A DNA stretch of 38,072 bases, from positions 1-38,072 of the forward strand of contig CAYTMB010000001.1 in NCBI GenBank assembly GCA_964438465.1. The letters run 5' to 3'. The translations under genes and the position numbers were made by a program. Position 1 is the stretch's first letter, and every line of letters begins with the position of its first letter. Positions 8,898 to 19,334 of this stretch are shown piece by piece. This DNA comes from an uncultured Rhodovulum sp. Lineage in GTDB: Bacteria > Pseudomonadota > Alphaproteobacteria > Rhodobacterales > Rhodobacteraceae. A model generated the notes under the pieces. That model ran no database searches. It saw nothing but the letters and a program-made list of their open reading frames with translations, and was not told where the DNA came from.

Positions 8898-9560
8898 TCA
8901 GGGGTCGAGCCGGGCCTTGGCCTCGTTGATCAGCGCCGCGAGCGCGTCCGAGCCGCCGTGGTCGGGGTGGAGCTTGCGGATCAGCCGTCGGTGCGCCGCG
9001 CGCACGTCCTCGCGGCTGGCGCCGGGCTGCAGGCCGAGCACGCGCAGCGCCTCGGCGGCGCTCATGCCGCCGCCCGGATCCTGCGGCGGCGGGTCCGCGG
9101 CGGCGTCCTCCGCGCCGGGACCGCGGCGTCGGTCGAGATAGGCGAGCAGCAGCCCGAGGCTGTCGGGGTCGGCCTCGAGCTCCTCGGCCAGCCGGTCGAG
9201 ATCGGCGGCCGACAGCTGCGACAGCCAGGCGCCGGCGAAGCGGCCGGTCAGCACCTCGCCGTCCATCGCGCCGCTGTCGTGGTCGAGGCTCATCGCCAGC
9301 GCGTCGGTGCGCACCTCGGATTGCTGTCCGGGCCGCGGCGTGGCGCGGGCCACGGCGGCGGCGCCGCGCAGCAGCGTGAGCGCGAGGAACCCGACCGGCA
9401 CCGCCAGCGCGAACTGGCGGGCCACGGCGAGGCCGAGCGCGGCGATCATCAGCGCCGCGCCGGCGAGGGTGCGCCCCGAGGGGAGCGGCCGGCGTGCGGC
9501 GGCGAACGCCGCCAGCAGCGCGAGGCCGGCCCCGAGCGCCAGCAGGAGCAGCGCGGTCAT
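8898..9560 (-). CDS. Membrane-anchored protein with C-terminal DnaJ (J) domain
   Basis: Hydrophobic N-terminal helices, LDHDSGAMDGEVLTGRFAG mid-domain, C-terminal EALRVLGL...AAHRRLIRKLHPDHGGS with intact HPD. Confidence 0.88.
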   Translation of the reverse strand: MTALLLLALGAGLALLAAFAAARRPLPSGRTLAGAALMIAALGLAVARQFALAVPVGFLALTLLRGAAAVARATPRPGQQSEVRTDALAMSLDHDSGAMDGEVLTGRFAGAWLSQLSAADLDRLAEELEADPDSLGLLLAYLDRRRGPGAEDAAADPPPQDPGGGMSAAEALRVLGLQPGASREDVRAAHRRLIRKLHPDHGGSDALAALINEAKARLDP

Positions 9561-10279
9561 GCCCGCAGATCGGCGAGCAGCCGTCGCGCCGCCCCCGTGC
9601 CGGAGGCTTCGAGCGCCCGCCGTCCGCCGGCCGCGAAGGTCGCCACCGCGCCGAGCAGCGCGCGCAGCTCGCCCGCGGCGTTGCGGTCGAACGGCAGCAT
9701 CGCGCCGCCGGTCAGCCGGGCGATCTCGCGAAAGCCGCGCTCGGCCGCCGGGTCGCGGCCTTCGAGGAACATGAAGGCGCGGGTGTTGCGCAGCGCCAGC
9801 TCGCCGGCCTTGGCCGCGAGCGCGTCGATGTTCTCCTCCATCGCGTCCCCGACGAAGGCCAGCGCCGCGACCGGCTGGCGCGCGGCCTCCCTGGCGGCGT
9901 GGTCGAGCACGCGCCCGATCTGGGTCAGCCCGCCGTGGCAGGCGATGCCCGCCATGATCCTGCCCAGGGCGGCGGCGTCCGAGACCCAGCGCGAGGCGCG
10001 CGCCTCGGTCAGCCCGCGAAAGTAGACGAGCTGGACCGACAGGCCGCCGACCCGCGCCGCGGCGCGGAACAGCTCGCCCTGCAGCGCGCAGGCGGCGTCC
10101 CAGGTCGGCTGGCGGCTCATGGTGGCGTCGAGCGCGAAGATCAGCCGTCCGGCCGCACCGTCCCGGCGCGGCGCGCGGCCCCGGGCTTCGGCGAGGAAGG
10201 CCGCGATCTCGGCCTTGTCGGAAGCGGTCCGGGTCGGCGGCGTCGCGCGGCCGCGCTCGATCTCGGTTCGGTCGGGCAT
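9557..10279 (-). CDS. von Willebrand factor A (vWA) domain protein
   Basis: RLIFALDATMSR (MIDAS-like DxTxS), GGLTQIGRVL, FVGDAMEE. Its stop overlaps the J-domain gene start (ATGA). Confidence 0.85.
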   Translation of the reverse strand: MPDRTEIERGRATPPTRTASDKAEIAAFLAEARGRAPRRDGAAGRLIFALDATMSRQPTWDAACALQGELFRAAARVGGLSVQLVYFRGLTEARASRWVSDAAALGRIMAGIACHGGLTQIGRVLDHAAREAARQPVAALAFVGDAMEENIDALAAKAGELALRNTRAFMFLEGRDPAAERGFREIARLTGGAMLPFDRNAAGELRALLGAVATFAAGGRRALEASGTGAARRLLADLRA

Positions 10280-10518
10280 CGTTCTTGCGCTCTCCTCAGG
10301 GTTCAGACTTGGCCCCGGACGGCGGATTTGCAAGACTGATCGTCCGCAGGCCGACGCTGGCCGGCGCCTTGTTCGACCGGCGTTCGAGCCGCTATATGCC
10401 CCGGACCAACGCCCCCGCCGTAGGGATCGCCGGGCGCGGAACGAAGTCCCGGAGGCCGCGACCCGATGACGCCGAATTCTGACGCCGAGTTCGCCATGCT
10501 CCGCCGGGCCGGCCCGCG

Positions 10519-12015
10519 ATGCTGATCGACGCGGGCGGGCCGGCGCGCGCGGGCCTCGAGCGGGCGTTCGATCTCTGCGTGATCGGCGCGGGCCCGGCCG
10601 GGATCGTGCTGGCCCGGCGGGCGGCGGCCCGCGGCCTGACCGTGGCGCTGATGGAGGCCGGCGGCGAGGAGCTGGCCGTCGAGAGCCAGGAGGTCTACGA
10701 GGGCGAGCTGCTGGGGCAGGACTACTTTCCGCTGGAGATCCCGCGGCTGCGCTTCCTCGGCGGCAGCTCGAACCACTGGGGCGGCTGGTGCCGCGCGCTC
10801 GACGCCGCGGATTTCGAGGCCAAGGCCTGGAACCCGATGAGCGGCTGGCCGATCGGCAAGGCCGACCTCGATCCCTACCAGCCCGAGACCGACGCCATCC
10901 TCGACCTGATCCCCGCCGCGGCGGCGCCCGATCTGGACTCGCCGCTGTCCGGGGCGGAGTTCATCAACTTCCAGTTCCGCTGGAGCCCGCCGACCAACTT
11001 TCGCGACAAGTACACCGACGAGCTGGCGGCGTCGGAGCGGATCACGCTGGCGCTGAACGCGAACCTGGTCGATCTGCGGCTCGACCCCGCGCTCGGGCGG
11101 GTCGAGGGCGCGGCGTTCCGTGGCTACGCCGCCGGGGATCCGGGCTTCGCGGTGACGGCGCGGGCCTATGCGCTGTGCTGCGGCGGGATCGAGAACCCCC
11201 GGCTGCTGCTGAATTTCGCGAGCCAGGTCCCCGCGGGCCTCGGCAATGGCGCCGATCTGGTGGGGCGGTACTTCTGCGAGCACCCGCATTTCGTGCTGGC
11301 CGAGGCGATCCTTCGCGAGCCGATGCCGGAGATCTCGTTCTTCCGGCCGACCGAGGCGTTCATGGCCGCGAACGAGATCATGAACTTCGGGCTGCGGCTC
11401 CAGATCATGCCCGAGCCCTTCGTGCGCCAGTTCGGCACGATCGCCGGCGATCCGGCCTGCACCGATCCCTTCGTGCTGCGGCTGTCCGAGCGGGTGGCCG
11501 ACGTGGCGCCGGCCTGCGCGCCGGGCGGCGATGGCGCGATCCGGTTCGACGGGCTGCTGCGCATCGCCTACGAGCAGGCGCTGAACCCCGACAGCCGGGT
11601 GCTGCTGGCCGAGGGCCGCGACCGGTTCGGGATGCGCCGGGCCGCGCTCGACTGGCGGCTGAGCGAGCTCGACGCCCGCACGATGGAGGTGGCGACGCTG
11701 AGCTTCGCGCAGCGGCTGGCCGAGCGGGACGTCGGCCGGGTCCGGCTGCGCGACTGGCTGCGCGCCGAGGCGCTGGTCTGGCCGGACATCACCCAGGACG
11801 AGGTCGGCGGCAAGCATCACATGGGCACGACCCGGATGGCCGAGGATCCCGCGCGCGGCGTGGTCGACCGCGACTGCCGGGTGCACGGGATCGACAACCT
11901 CTACATCGGCGGCTCGAGCGTGTTTCCGACCGGCGGGCACGCCAACCCGACCTATACGATCGTCCAGCTGGCGCTGCGGCTCGGCGACCACCTGGGGCGG
12001 GAGCTGAAGGGCTGA
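10519..12015 (+). CDS. GMC-family FAD-dependent oxidoreductase
   Basis: DLCVIGAGPAG Rossmann motif, RFLGGSSNHWGG, GGIENPRLLL, GRYFCEHP, HHMGTTRM, GVVDRDCRVHGIDNLYIGGSSVFPTGGHANPT. Confidence 0.92.
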   Translation: MLIDAGGPARAGLERAFDLCVIGAGPAGIVLARRAAARGLTVALMEAGGEELAVESQEVYEGELLGQDYFPLEIPRLRFLGGSSNHWGGWCRALDAADFEAKAWNPMSGWPIGKADLDPYQPETDAILDLIPAAAAPDLDSPLSGAEFINFQFRWSPPTNFRDKYTDELAASERITLALNANLVDLRLDPALGRVEGAAFRGYAAGDPGFAVTARAYALCCGGIENPRLLLNFASQVPAGLGNGADLVGRYFCEHPHFVLAEAILREPMPEISFFRPTEAFMAANEIMNFGLRLQIMPEPFVRQFGTIAGDPACTDPFVLRLSERVADVAPACAPGGDGAIRFDGLLRIAYEQALNPDSRVLLAEGRDRFGMRRAALDWRLSELDARTMEVATLSFAQRLAERDVGRVRLRDWLRAEALVWPDITQDEVGGKHHMGTTRMAEDPARGVVDRDCRVHGIDNLYIGGSSVFPTGGHANPTYTIVQLALRLGDHLGRELKG

Positions 12016-12029
12016 GCCCGGGCGCAGGA

Positions 12030-12102
12030 TGGGCACGCGTGCCCACCGGGGTATCTATCTGATAATAAAAGACTATTATCAGCCTGTAAATCTTTCCGTA
12101 AG
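12030..12102 (+). repeat. REP-like palindrome + AT-rich tail element, copy B
   Basis: Perfect 16-bp palindrome TGGGCACGCGTGCCCA (12030-12045) followed by CCGGGGTATCTATCTGA and an AT-rich tail. Homologous to copy A in inverted orientation. The tail also holds a 9-bp inverted repeat CTGATAATA-N6-TATTATCAG (12059-12082). Confidence 0.8.
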
Positions 12103-12409
12103 CTGTGTGACAGTGAACGACAGCGGCGCTTTCTGCGGATGCAATTCGGCGAGCCCGGGCGGGCCGATCTCCAGGAGGAGCAGAGCGGGCGCCGTGGTCC
12201 CGGGCCCGCGGGTCGGGCAGGGCGCCGGCGCCGCATGCGCCACGGTTGCACGCGCCGCGGGCGCCACGGGATCGCATTCGGCCGGGTGGTCGCGGCGCCG
12301 GGTCGGCCGGCGGCGCCGGCCGAGCCGCTGCGGGACTGTTGCGGCGCGGCGCCGGGCGATCTACCGTGGCGCGTCCCGTTGTTTCGACCGTCAGACCGAG
12401 GAGCTCGTC

Positions 12410-13444
12410 ATGCCAGCCCAGTTGCGCCCGCGCCCGTCGCTTTCGCTGTCCCGTCGCCGGTTGCTCGCCTCGGGCGGCGGGCTGGCGGCGGCCGCGGCGC
12501 TCGGCCTGCCGCGCGGGCTGCGCGCCGCCGAACCGATCCGGGCGGCGGCGATCTACACGGTGCCGGTCGAACAGCAATGGGTGAGCCGGATCCACGTCGC
12601 CGCCGAGGCGGCGGTGGCGCGGGGCGAGCTGGAATACGTGTTCTCGGAGAACGTGTCGAACACCGACTATCCGCGGGTGATGCGGGAATACGCCGAGGCC
12701 GGGCACAACCTGATCCTCGGCGAGGTGTTCGGCGTGGAGCAGGCCGCGCGCGAGGTGTCGCTCGACTATCCGGACACCGCCTTCCTGATGGGCTCGAGCC
12801 TGCCGCCGGATCCGGCGTTCCCGAACTTCTCGGTCTTCGACAACTATATCCAGGACGCGAGCTATCTGTCGGGAATCGTTGCGGGCGCCATGACCCAGAC
12901 CGGCAGGATCGGCATGGTCGGCGGCTTCCCGATTCCCGAGGTCAACCGGCTGATGAACGCCTTCATGGCCGGCGCGCGCGAGATGGCGCCCGACATCGCC
13001 TTCCAGGTCGCCTTCATCGGCAGCTGGTTCGACCCGCCCAAGGCCAAGGAGACCGCCTTCGGCATGATCGAGGCCGGCGCGGACGTGCTCTACGCCGAGC
13101 GGTTCGGCGTCTCGGACGCGGCGAAGGAGCGCGGCGCGCTGGCGATCGGCAACGTCATCGACACCCAGCCCGACTACCCCGAGACGGTGGTCACCTCGGC
13201 GCTGTGGCATTTCGAGCCGACGCTGGCGGCGGCGATGGCCGCGGTGGGCGCGGGCGCGTTCGAGGCGGCCGACTACGGCGTCTATTCGTTCATGATCCCG
13301 GGCGGCTGTTCGCTGGCGCCGCTCGGAACCTTCGCGGACAAGGTCCCGGACGCCGCCGTGGCGGCGGTCGCCGAGCGGCAGGCCGCGATCATGGACGAGA
13401 GCTTCACCGTCGCGATCGACGATTCCGAGCCGAAATCGAGCTGA
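12410..13444 (+). CDS. BMP/PnrA-family ABC substrate-binding protein (nucleoside/nucleobase type) with Tat signal
   Basis: SRRRLL twin-arginine signal, then YTVPVEQQWVSRIH, IGMVGGFPIPEVNRLMNAF, FIGSWFDPPKAKE, GADVLYAER. GAGGAG ribosome-binding site before ATG 12410. Confidence 0.9.
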   Translation: MPAQLRPRPSLSLSRRRLLASGGGLAAAAALGLPRGLRAAEPIRAAAIYTVPVEQQWVSRIHVAAEAAVARGELEYVFSENVSNTDYPRVMREYAEAGHNLILGEVFGVEQAAREVSLDYPDTAFLMGSSLPPDPAFPNFSVFDNYIQDASYLSGIVAGAMTQTGRIGMVGGFPIPEVNRLMNAFMAGAREMAPDIAFQVAFIGSWFDPPKAKETAFGMIEAGADVLYAERFGVSDAAKERGALAIGNVIDTQPDYPETVVTSALWHFEPTLAAAMAAVGAGAFEAADYGVYSFMIPGGCSLAPLGTFADKVPDAAVAAVAERQAAIMDESFTVAIDDSEPKSS

Positions 13445-13470
13445 GCCGGGGGCGGCCGGCGGGGACCGCG

Positions 13471-14998
<1,528 letters not shown>

Positions 14999-15009
<11 letters not shown>

Positions 15010-16048
15010 GCCGGTCAGCGATCCGTCGCTGGCGCGGCTGGTCGGGTTGCCGGCGCTGGCGCTCGGCGCGACGCTGGCCGTGGGCATGGCGCTGGCGGCG
15101 GTGGCGGGGGCCGATCCGCTGGCGGTGTTCGGGCTGATCGTGCGGGGCGCGGCGGGCTCGAAGCTCGCGATCCTCGAGACGCTGAACCGGGCGACGCCGC
15201 TGATCTTCACCGGGCTGGCCGTGACCGTCGCGTTCCGGGCGAAGCTGTGGAACATCGGGGCCGAGGCGCAGCTCTACGCCGGCGCGCTGGTGGTGGCGCT
15301 GCTCGGGACCGGGGCGCTGGCCTGGCCGGCGGCGGCGCTGCTGCCGGTCCTCGCGCTGGCGGCGGCGCTGGCCGGGGCGCTGACGCTGCTGGGGCCGGCG
15401 GTGCTGAAGGTGCGCTTCGGGGTCGACGAGGTGGTCACGACGCTGCTGCTGAACTTCATCATGCTGCTCATCGTCTCGATGCTGCTGGAGGGGCCGATGA
15501 AGGACCCGCTGTCGCTGGGCTGGCCGCAGTCCGCCGCGCTGGTCCCCGAGGCGCGGCTGCCGCGGATGGCGGCGGGGCTGCGGCTGTACTGGGGGTTCGG
15601 GCTGGGGCTGGTCGCCGCGGTCGCGGTCTGGGTGGTGACGACGCGCACCACGCTCGGCTTCGAGATGCGCGCGGTCGGCGAGAACCGCACGGCGGCGGCC
15701 TTCGCCGGCGTCCGGGTCAACCGGGTGCTGCTGTGGACCGCCGCGCTGTCGGGCGGGCTGGCGGCGCTGGCCGGGTTTTCCGAGGTGGCCGGGCCGAAGG
15801 GGAGCCTGACGCTCGATCTCAGCCCGGGCTTCGGCTACACCGGCATCATCGTGGCGATGCTGGCGCTGCTCAACCCGCTGGCGGTGGCGGTCAGCGCGAT
15901 CTTCGTCGCCGGGGTGTTCGTCGGCGCGGATTCGATGAGCCGGGCGGCCGGGGTGCCGAGCTATCTCGCCGACATCCTGCTCGCCACCGCGCTCCTGACG
16001 ATGGTGACCGCGGTGATGCTGACCCGGTTCCGGCTGGCGCGGGGCTGA
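14999..16048 (+). CDS. ABC transporter permease (nucleoside type)
   Basis: ATPLIFTGLAV...WNIGAEAQ, DEVVTTLLLNF, GFEMRAVGEN, GFGYTGIIVAML. Confidence 0.92.
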
Positions 16049-16051
16049 GCG

Positions 16052-16990
16052 GTGGAGATCCTCGACATCCTCGTCTCGGCGAGCTTCTGGGCGGCGGTGG
16101 TGCGGATCGCCTCGCCGTTGATCTTCGCGACGATGGGCGAGCTGATCTGCGAGCGGGCGGGCGTGCTGAACCTCGGGATCGAGGGGATCATGGTCGCGGG
16201 CGCTTTCGCCGGCTGGATCGCGGTCTGGCTCGGGCTGCCGCTGTGGTGGGGGGTCGGGGTGGCCCTGCTGACCGGCATGGCGTTCGGGGCGCTGCACGGG
16301 ATCCTGACCGTGCCGCTGGGGCTGTCGCAGCATGTGGTGGGGCTGGGGATCACGCTGCTGGCCACGTCGGCGACCTACTACGCCTACCGGCTGGCGCTGC
16401 CGCAGGTGACCTCGCCGCCGCGGATCGCGCCGTTCGAGGTCTGGGCGATCCCCGGCCTGTCGGCGATCCCGGTGCTGGGGCCGGCGCTGTTCGCGCAGAC
16501 GCCGCTGACCTATCTGGCCTTCGCGACCGTCGCGGTGGTGGGGATCGTGCTCCACCGCACGCCGCTGGGGCTGGCGCTGCGCGCGGTGGGCGAGCATCCG
16601 GCGGCGGTCGAGGCGCAGGGGCTGTCGGTGACCGGGCTGCGGCTCGGGGCGGTGATCGTCGGCAGCGGGCTGATGGCGGTGGGCGGGGCGTTCCTGACGC
16701 TGTCGGCGTTTTCGTCGTTCTTCTTCGAGATGGTCAACGGCCGGGGCTGGATCTGCATCGCGCTGGTGGTGTTCGGGGCCTGGCGGCCGGGCAAGGCGTT
16801 GCTGGGGGCGCTGCTGTTCGCGGCGTTCGACGCGCTGCAGATCCGGCTGCAGCCGTTGCTGCCGGGCGTGCCGTACCAGCTGTTCCTGATGCTGCCGTTC
16901 GTGCTGTCGATCCTGGCGCTGGTGGCGATGTCGCGGCGCGGGCTGGCGCCGGCGGCCTTGATGACGCCCTACAGGCGGGGGGAGCGGTGA
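16052..16990 (+). CDS. ABC transporter permease (nucleoside type)
   Basis: GELICERAGVLNLGIEG, LRAVGEHP, GRGWICIALVVFG. GTG start. Confidence 0.92.
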   Translation: MEILDILVSASFWAAVVRIASPLIFATMGELICERAGVLNLGIEGIMVAGAFAGWIAVWLGLPLWWGVGVALLTGMAFGALHGILTVPLGLSQHVVGLGITLLATSATYYAYRLALPQVTSPPRIAPFEVWAIPGLSAIPVLGPALFAQTPLTYLAFATVAVVGIVLHRTPLGLALRAVGEHPAAVEAQGLSVTGLRLGAVIVGSGLMAVGGAFLTLSAFSSFFFEMVNGRGWICIALVVFGAWRPGKALLGALLFAAFDALQIRLQPLLPGVPYQLFLMLPFVLSILALVAMSRRGLAPAALMTPYRRGER

Positions 16991-18261
16991 TGCTGGATCT
17001 GGTGGTGCGGGGCGGGACGCTGACCGACGGGCGGGTGGCCGACGTCGGGATCGCGGGCGGGCGGATCGTCGAGATCGGCCGGATCGAGGCGGCGGGCGCC
17101 GAGGAGATCGACGCCGCCGGCGATCTGGTCAGCCCGCCCTTCGTCGATCCGCATTTCCACATGGACGCGACGCTGAGCTACGGCCTGCCGCGGATCAACG
17201 CCAGCGGCACGCTGCTGGAGGGGATCGGGCTGTGGGGCGAGCTGCGCGCGGTCGCGACCGCCGAGGAGATGCGCGACCGGGCGCTCGCCTATTGCGACTG
17301 GGCGGTCAGCATGGGGCTGCTCGCGATCCGCACCCATGTCGACGTGACCGACGACCGGTTGCTGGGGGTGGAGGCGATGCTGGAGGTGCGGCGGCTGGTG
17401 GCGCCGTATCTCGACCTGCAGCTGGTGGCGTTCCCGCAGGACGGGCTCTATCGCTGCGCGAACGGGCGGGCGAACCTGATCCGGGCGCTCGACATGGGCG
17501 TGGACGTGGTCGGCGGCATCCCGCATTTCGAGCGCACGATGGCCGACGGCGCGGCTTCGGTGCGCGATCTGTGCGAGATCGCGGCGGCGCGCGGTCTGCC
17601 GGTGGACCTGCATTGCGACGAGACCGACGATCCGATGTCGCGGCATGTCGAGACGCTGGCGGCGGAGACGCTGCGGCTGGGGCTCGGCGGGCGGTCGGTC
17701 GGCTCGCATCTGACGTCGATGCATTCGATGGACAGCTATTATGTCTCGAAGCTGCTGCCGCTGATCGCCGAGGCGGGGGTGGCGGCGATGCCGAACCCGC
17801 TGATCAACATCGTGCTGCAGGGCCGCCACGACGCCTATCCGAAGCGGCGCGGGCTGACGCGGGTGAAGGAGCTGATCGCGCATGGGGTGCGCGTCGGCTG
17901 GGGGCAGGACTGCGTGCTCGACCCCTGGTACAGCCTCGGCACGGCGGACATGCTCGACGTGGCGTTCATGGGGCTGCATGTCGCGCAGATGACCAGCCCG
18001 GCCGAGATGCGGCGGTGCTTCGAGATGGTGACGGTCGAGAACGCCGCGATCATCGGGCTCGCGGACTACGGGCTGCGGGTCGGGGCGGCGGCGAGCCTCG
18101 TGGTGCTCGACGCCGGCGATCCGGTCGAGGCGCTGCGGCTGCGGGCGCGGCGGCTGGCGGTGGTGTCGCGGGGGAAGGTCGTCGCACGGGCCGAGCGCGG
18201 CGCCGCGCGGCTGGCGCTGCCGGGCCGGCCGGAGCGGGTGGACCGGCGGTTCCAGGTCTGA
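16990..18261 (+). CDS. codA: Cytosine deaminase-family metal-dependent amidohydrolase
   Basis: PFVDPHFHMD, SGTLLEGI, VAFPQDG, GGIPHFE, HCDE, GQDCVLDPWY. Start overlaps the permease stop (TGATG). Confidence 0.85.
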   Translation: MLDLVVRGGTLTDGRVADVGIAGGRIVEIGRIEAAGAEEIDAAGDLVSPPFVDPHFHMDATLSYGLPRINASGTLLEGIGLWGELRAVATAEEMRDRALAYCDWAVSMGLLAIRTHVDVTDDRLLGVEAMLEVRRLVAPYLDLQLVAFPQDGLYRCANGRANLIRALDMGVDVVGGIPHFERTMADGAASVRDLCEIAAARGLPVDLHCDETDDPMSRHVETLAAETLRLGLGGRSVGSHLTSMHSMDSYYVSKLLPLIAEAGVAAMPNPLINIVLQGRHDAYPKRRGLTRVKELIAHGVRVGWGQDCVLDPWYSLGTADMLDVAFMGLHVAQMTSPAEMRRCFEMVTVENAAIIGLADYGLRVGAAASLVVLDAGDPVEALRLRARRLAVVSRGKVVARAERGAARLALPGRPERVDRRFQV

Positions 18262-18272
18262 GCGGCGAGGGC

Positions 18273-18321
18273 GTATCATGTTGATACACTGGTCATGCTA
18301 TTGAAAACATAGTCTAATTTT
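18273..18321 (+). repeat. Palindrome + AT-rich tail element, copy C (divergent)
   Basis: GTATCA-TGT-TGATAC (18273-18287), 14 nt, TGA, AT-rich tail, between convergent codA and tonB stops. Same spacing as copies A, B and D. Confidence 0.5.
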
Positions 18322-18329
18322 GAGACGCA

Positions 18330-19262
18330 TCAGCGCGCCTTGAGATCGACGGGCGCGGCGAAGTCGTAGGCGGCGTCGGTCAGCCCGGCCGGGGCGCGGG
18401 GCAGGCGGCCCATTCTGCGGACCGCGCGCAGGGTTGCGGCGTCGAGGGTCGCGTCGCCGGACGAGCGCAGGATCTGCGCGCCGCGCAGCCTGCCGTCGGG
18501 CGCGACCGACAGCGCGAGCACGAGGCGCAGGTCGCGCGTGGCGCGCTCCATGCCGCGCGGGAGGGGCAGGTTGCGCTGCAGGGAGGCCTGGATTTGCGCC
18601 TGCCATGTCTGCATGGCGCTGGCCGCGGCGCGGGCGTCGCCGGTCGACAGCGTGGCGGTTCCCTGCGATCCGGCCGCCGCGGCCGCGCCGGTTCCCGCCG
18701 CGCGGGTGGTCTGCCGCGCGGCGGTCTGCGGCGGCGAGGGCGCCGGGGTCGCCGCGGGTTCGGCGGGAATGGGGCGCAGGTCTGCCGGGCGCGGGGCCGG
18801 CGCGACGGCTGTCGCAGCCGGCGCCGGCGGCGGGGGCGCGACGGGCGGCGGCGGCGATGCGGCGGGCGGAGCGGGCTCGGGCGCGGCGGCGATCTCGGTC
18901 GGGGGAGGCGCCGGCGCGGTGGCCGCCTCCGGTTCCGGCGCCGGGACGGGATCGGGCGGCGGGATGGGCTCTGGGTCGGGCGCGGTCGGCGCTTCGCTCG
19001 GGGATCCGGGCGCCGCGTCCGAGCCGACAAGGGTGACGATCATCGCGCCGCCCGATCCGCCGGAGGGCTCGCCGCGCGGCGGCGGGGCCATCGCGAAGGC
19101 GGTGAGCGCGGCCAGATGCAGCGCCGCCGAGAGCCCGATGCAGAACGCGGTTTCGCGGCGCGGAGGTCCGATCGACGGCGACGTGCCGGGTCCGGCGCAG
19201 CCGGTCGGGCGGCCGGCGAGGCCGGTGGACGCGCCGTCGGGATCGCGCGCGATCGGGGTCAT
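18330..19262 (-). CDS. TonB-family energy transducer
   Basis: Single TM helix with S-x3-H (GLSAALHLAAL), Pro/Ala-rich linker and TonB C-terminal domain (LSVAPDGRL...ILRSSGDATLDAATLRAVRR...LPRAP). Start uncertain; AGGAG lies upstream of ATG 19262. Confidence 0.82.
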   Translation of the reverse strand: MTPIARDPDGASTGLAGRPTGCAGPGTSPSIGPPRRETAFCIGLSAALHLAALTAFAMAPPPRGEPSGGSGGAMIVTLVGSDAAPGSPSEAPTAPDPEPIPPPDPVPAPEPEAATAPAPPPTEIAAAPEPAPPAASPPPPVAPPPPAPAATAVAPAPRPADLRPIPAEPAATPAPSPPQTAARQTTRAAGTGAAAAAGSQGTATLSTGDARAAASAMQTWQAQIQASLQRNLPLPRGMERATRDLRLVLALSVAPDGRLRGAQILRSSGDATLDAATLRAVRRMGRLPRAPAGLTDAAYDFAAPVDLKAR

Positions 19263-19334
19263 CCGCTGCGGCTCCTGGACCCGTGGACCGGGTCAGGCAA
19301 TACGCAAGCCGCGCGAGGCAGGCAAGGCGGCGTT

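Noticed and set aside
18700..19030. Low-complexity GC repeats as a possible repeat array
   Set aside because: They encode the Pro/Ala-rich periplasmic linker of TonB.
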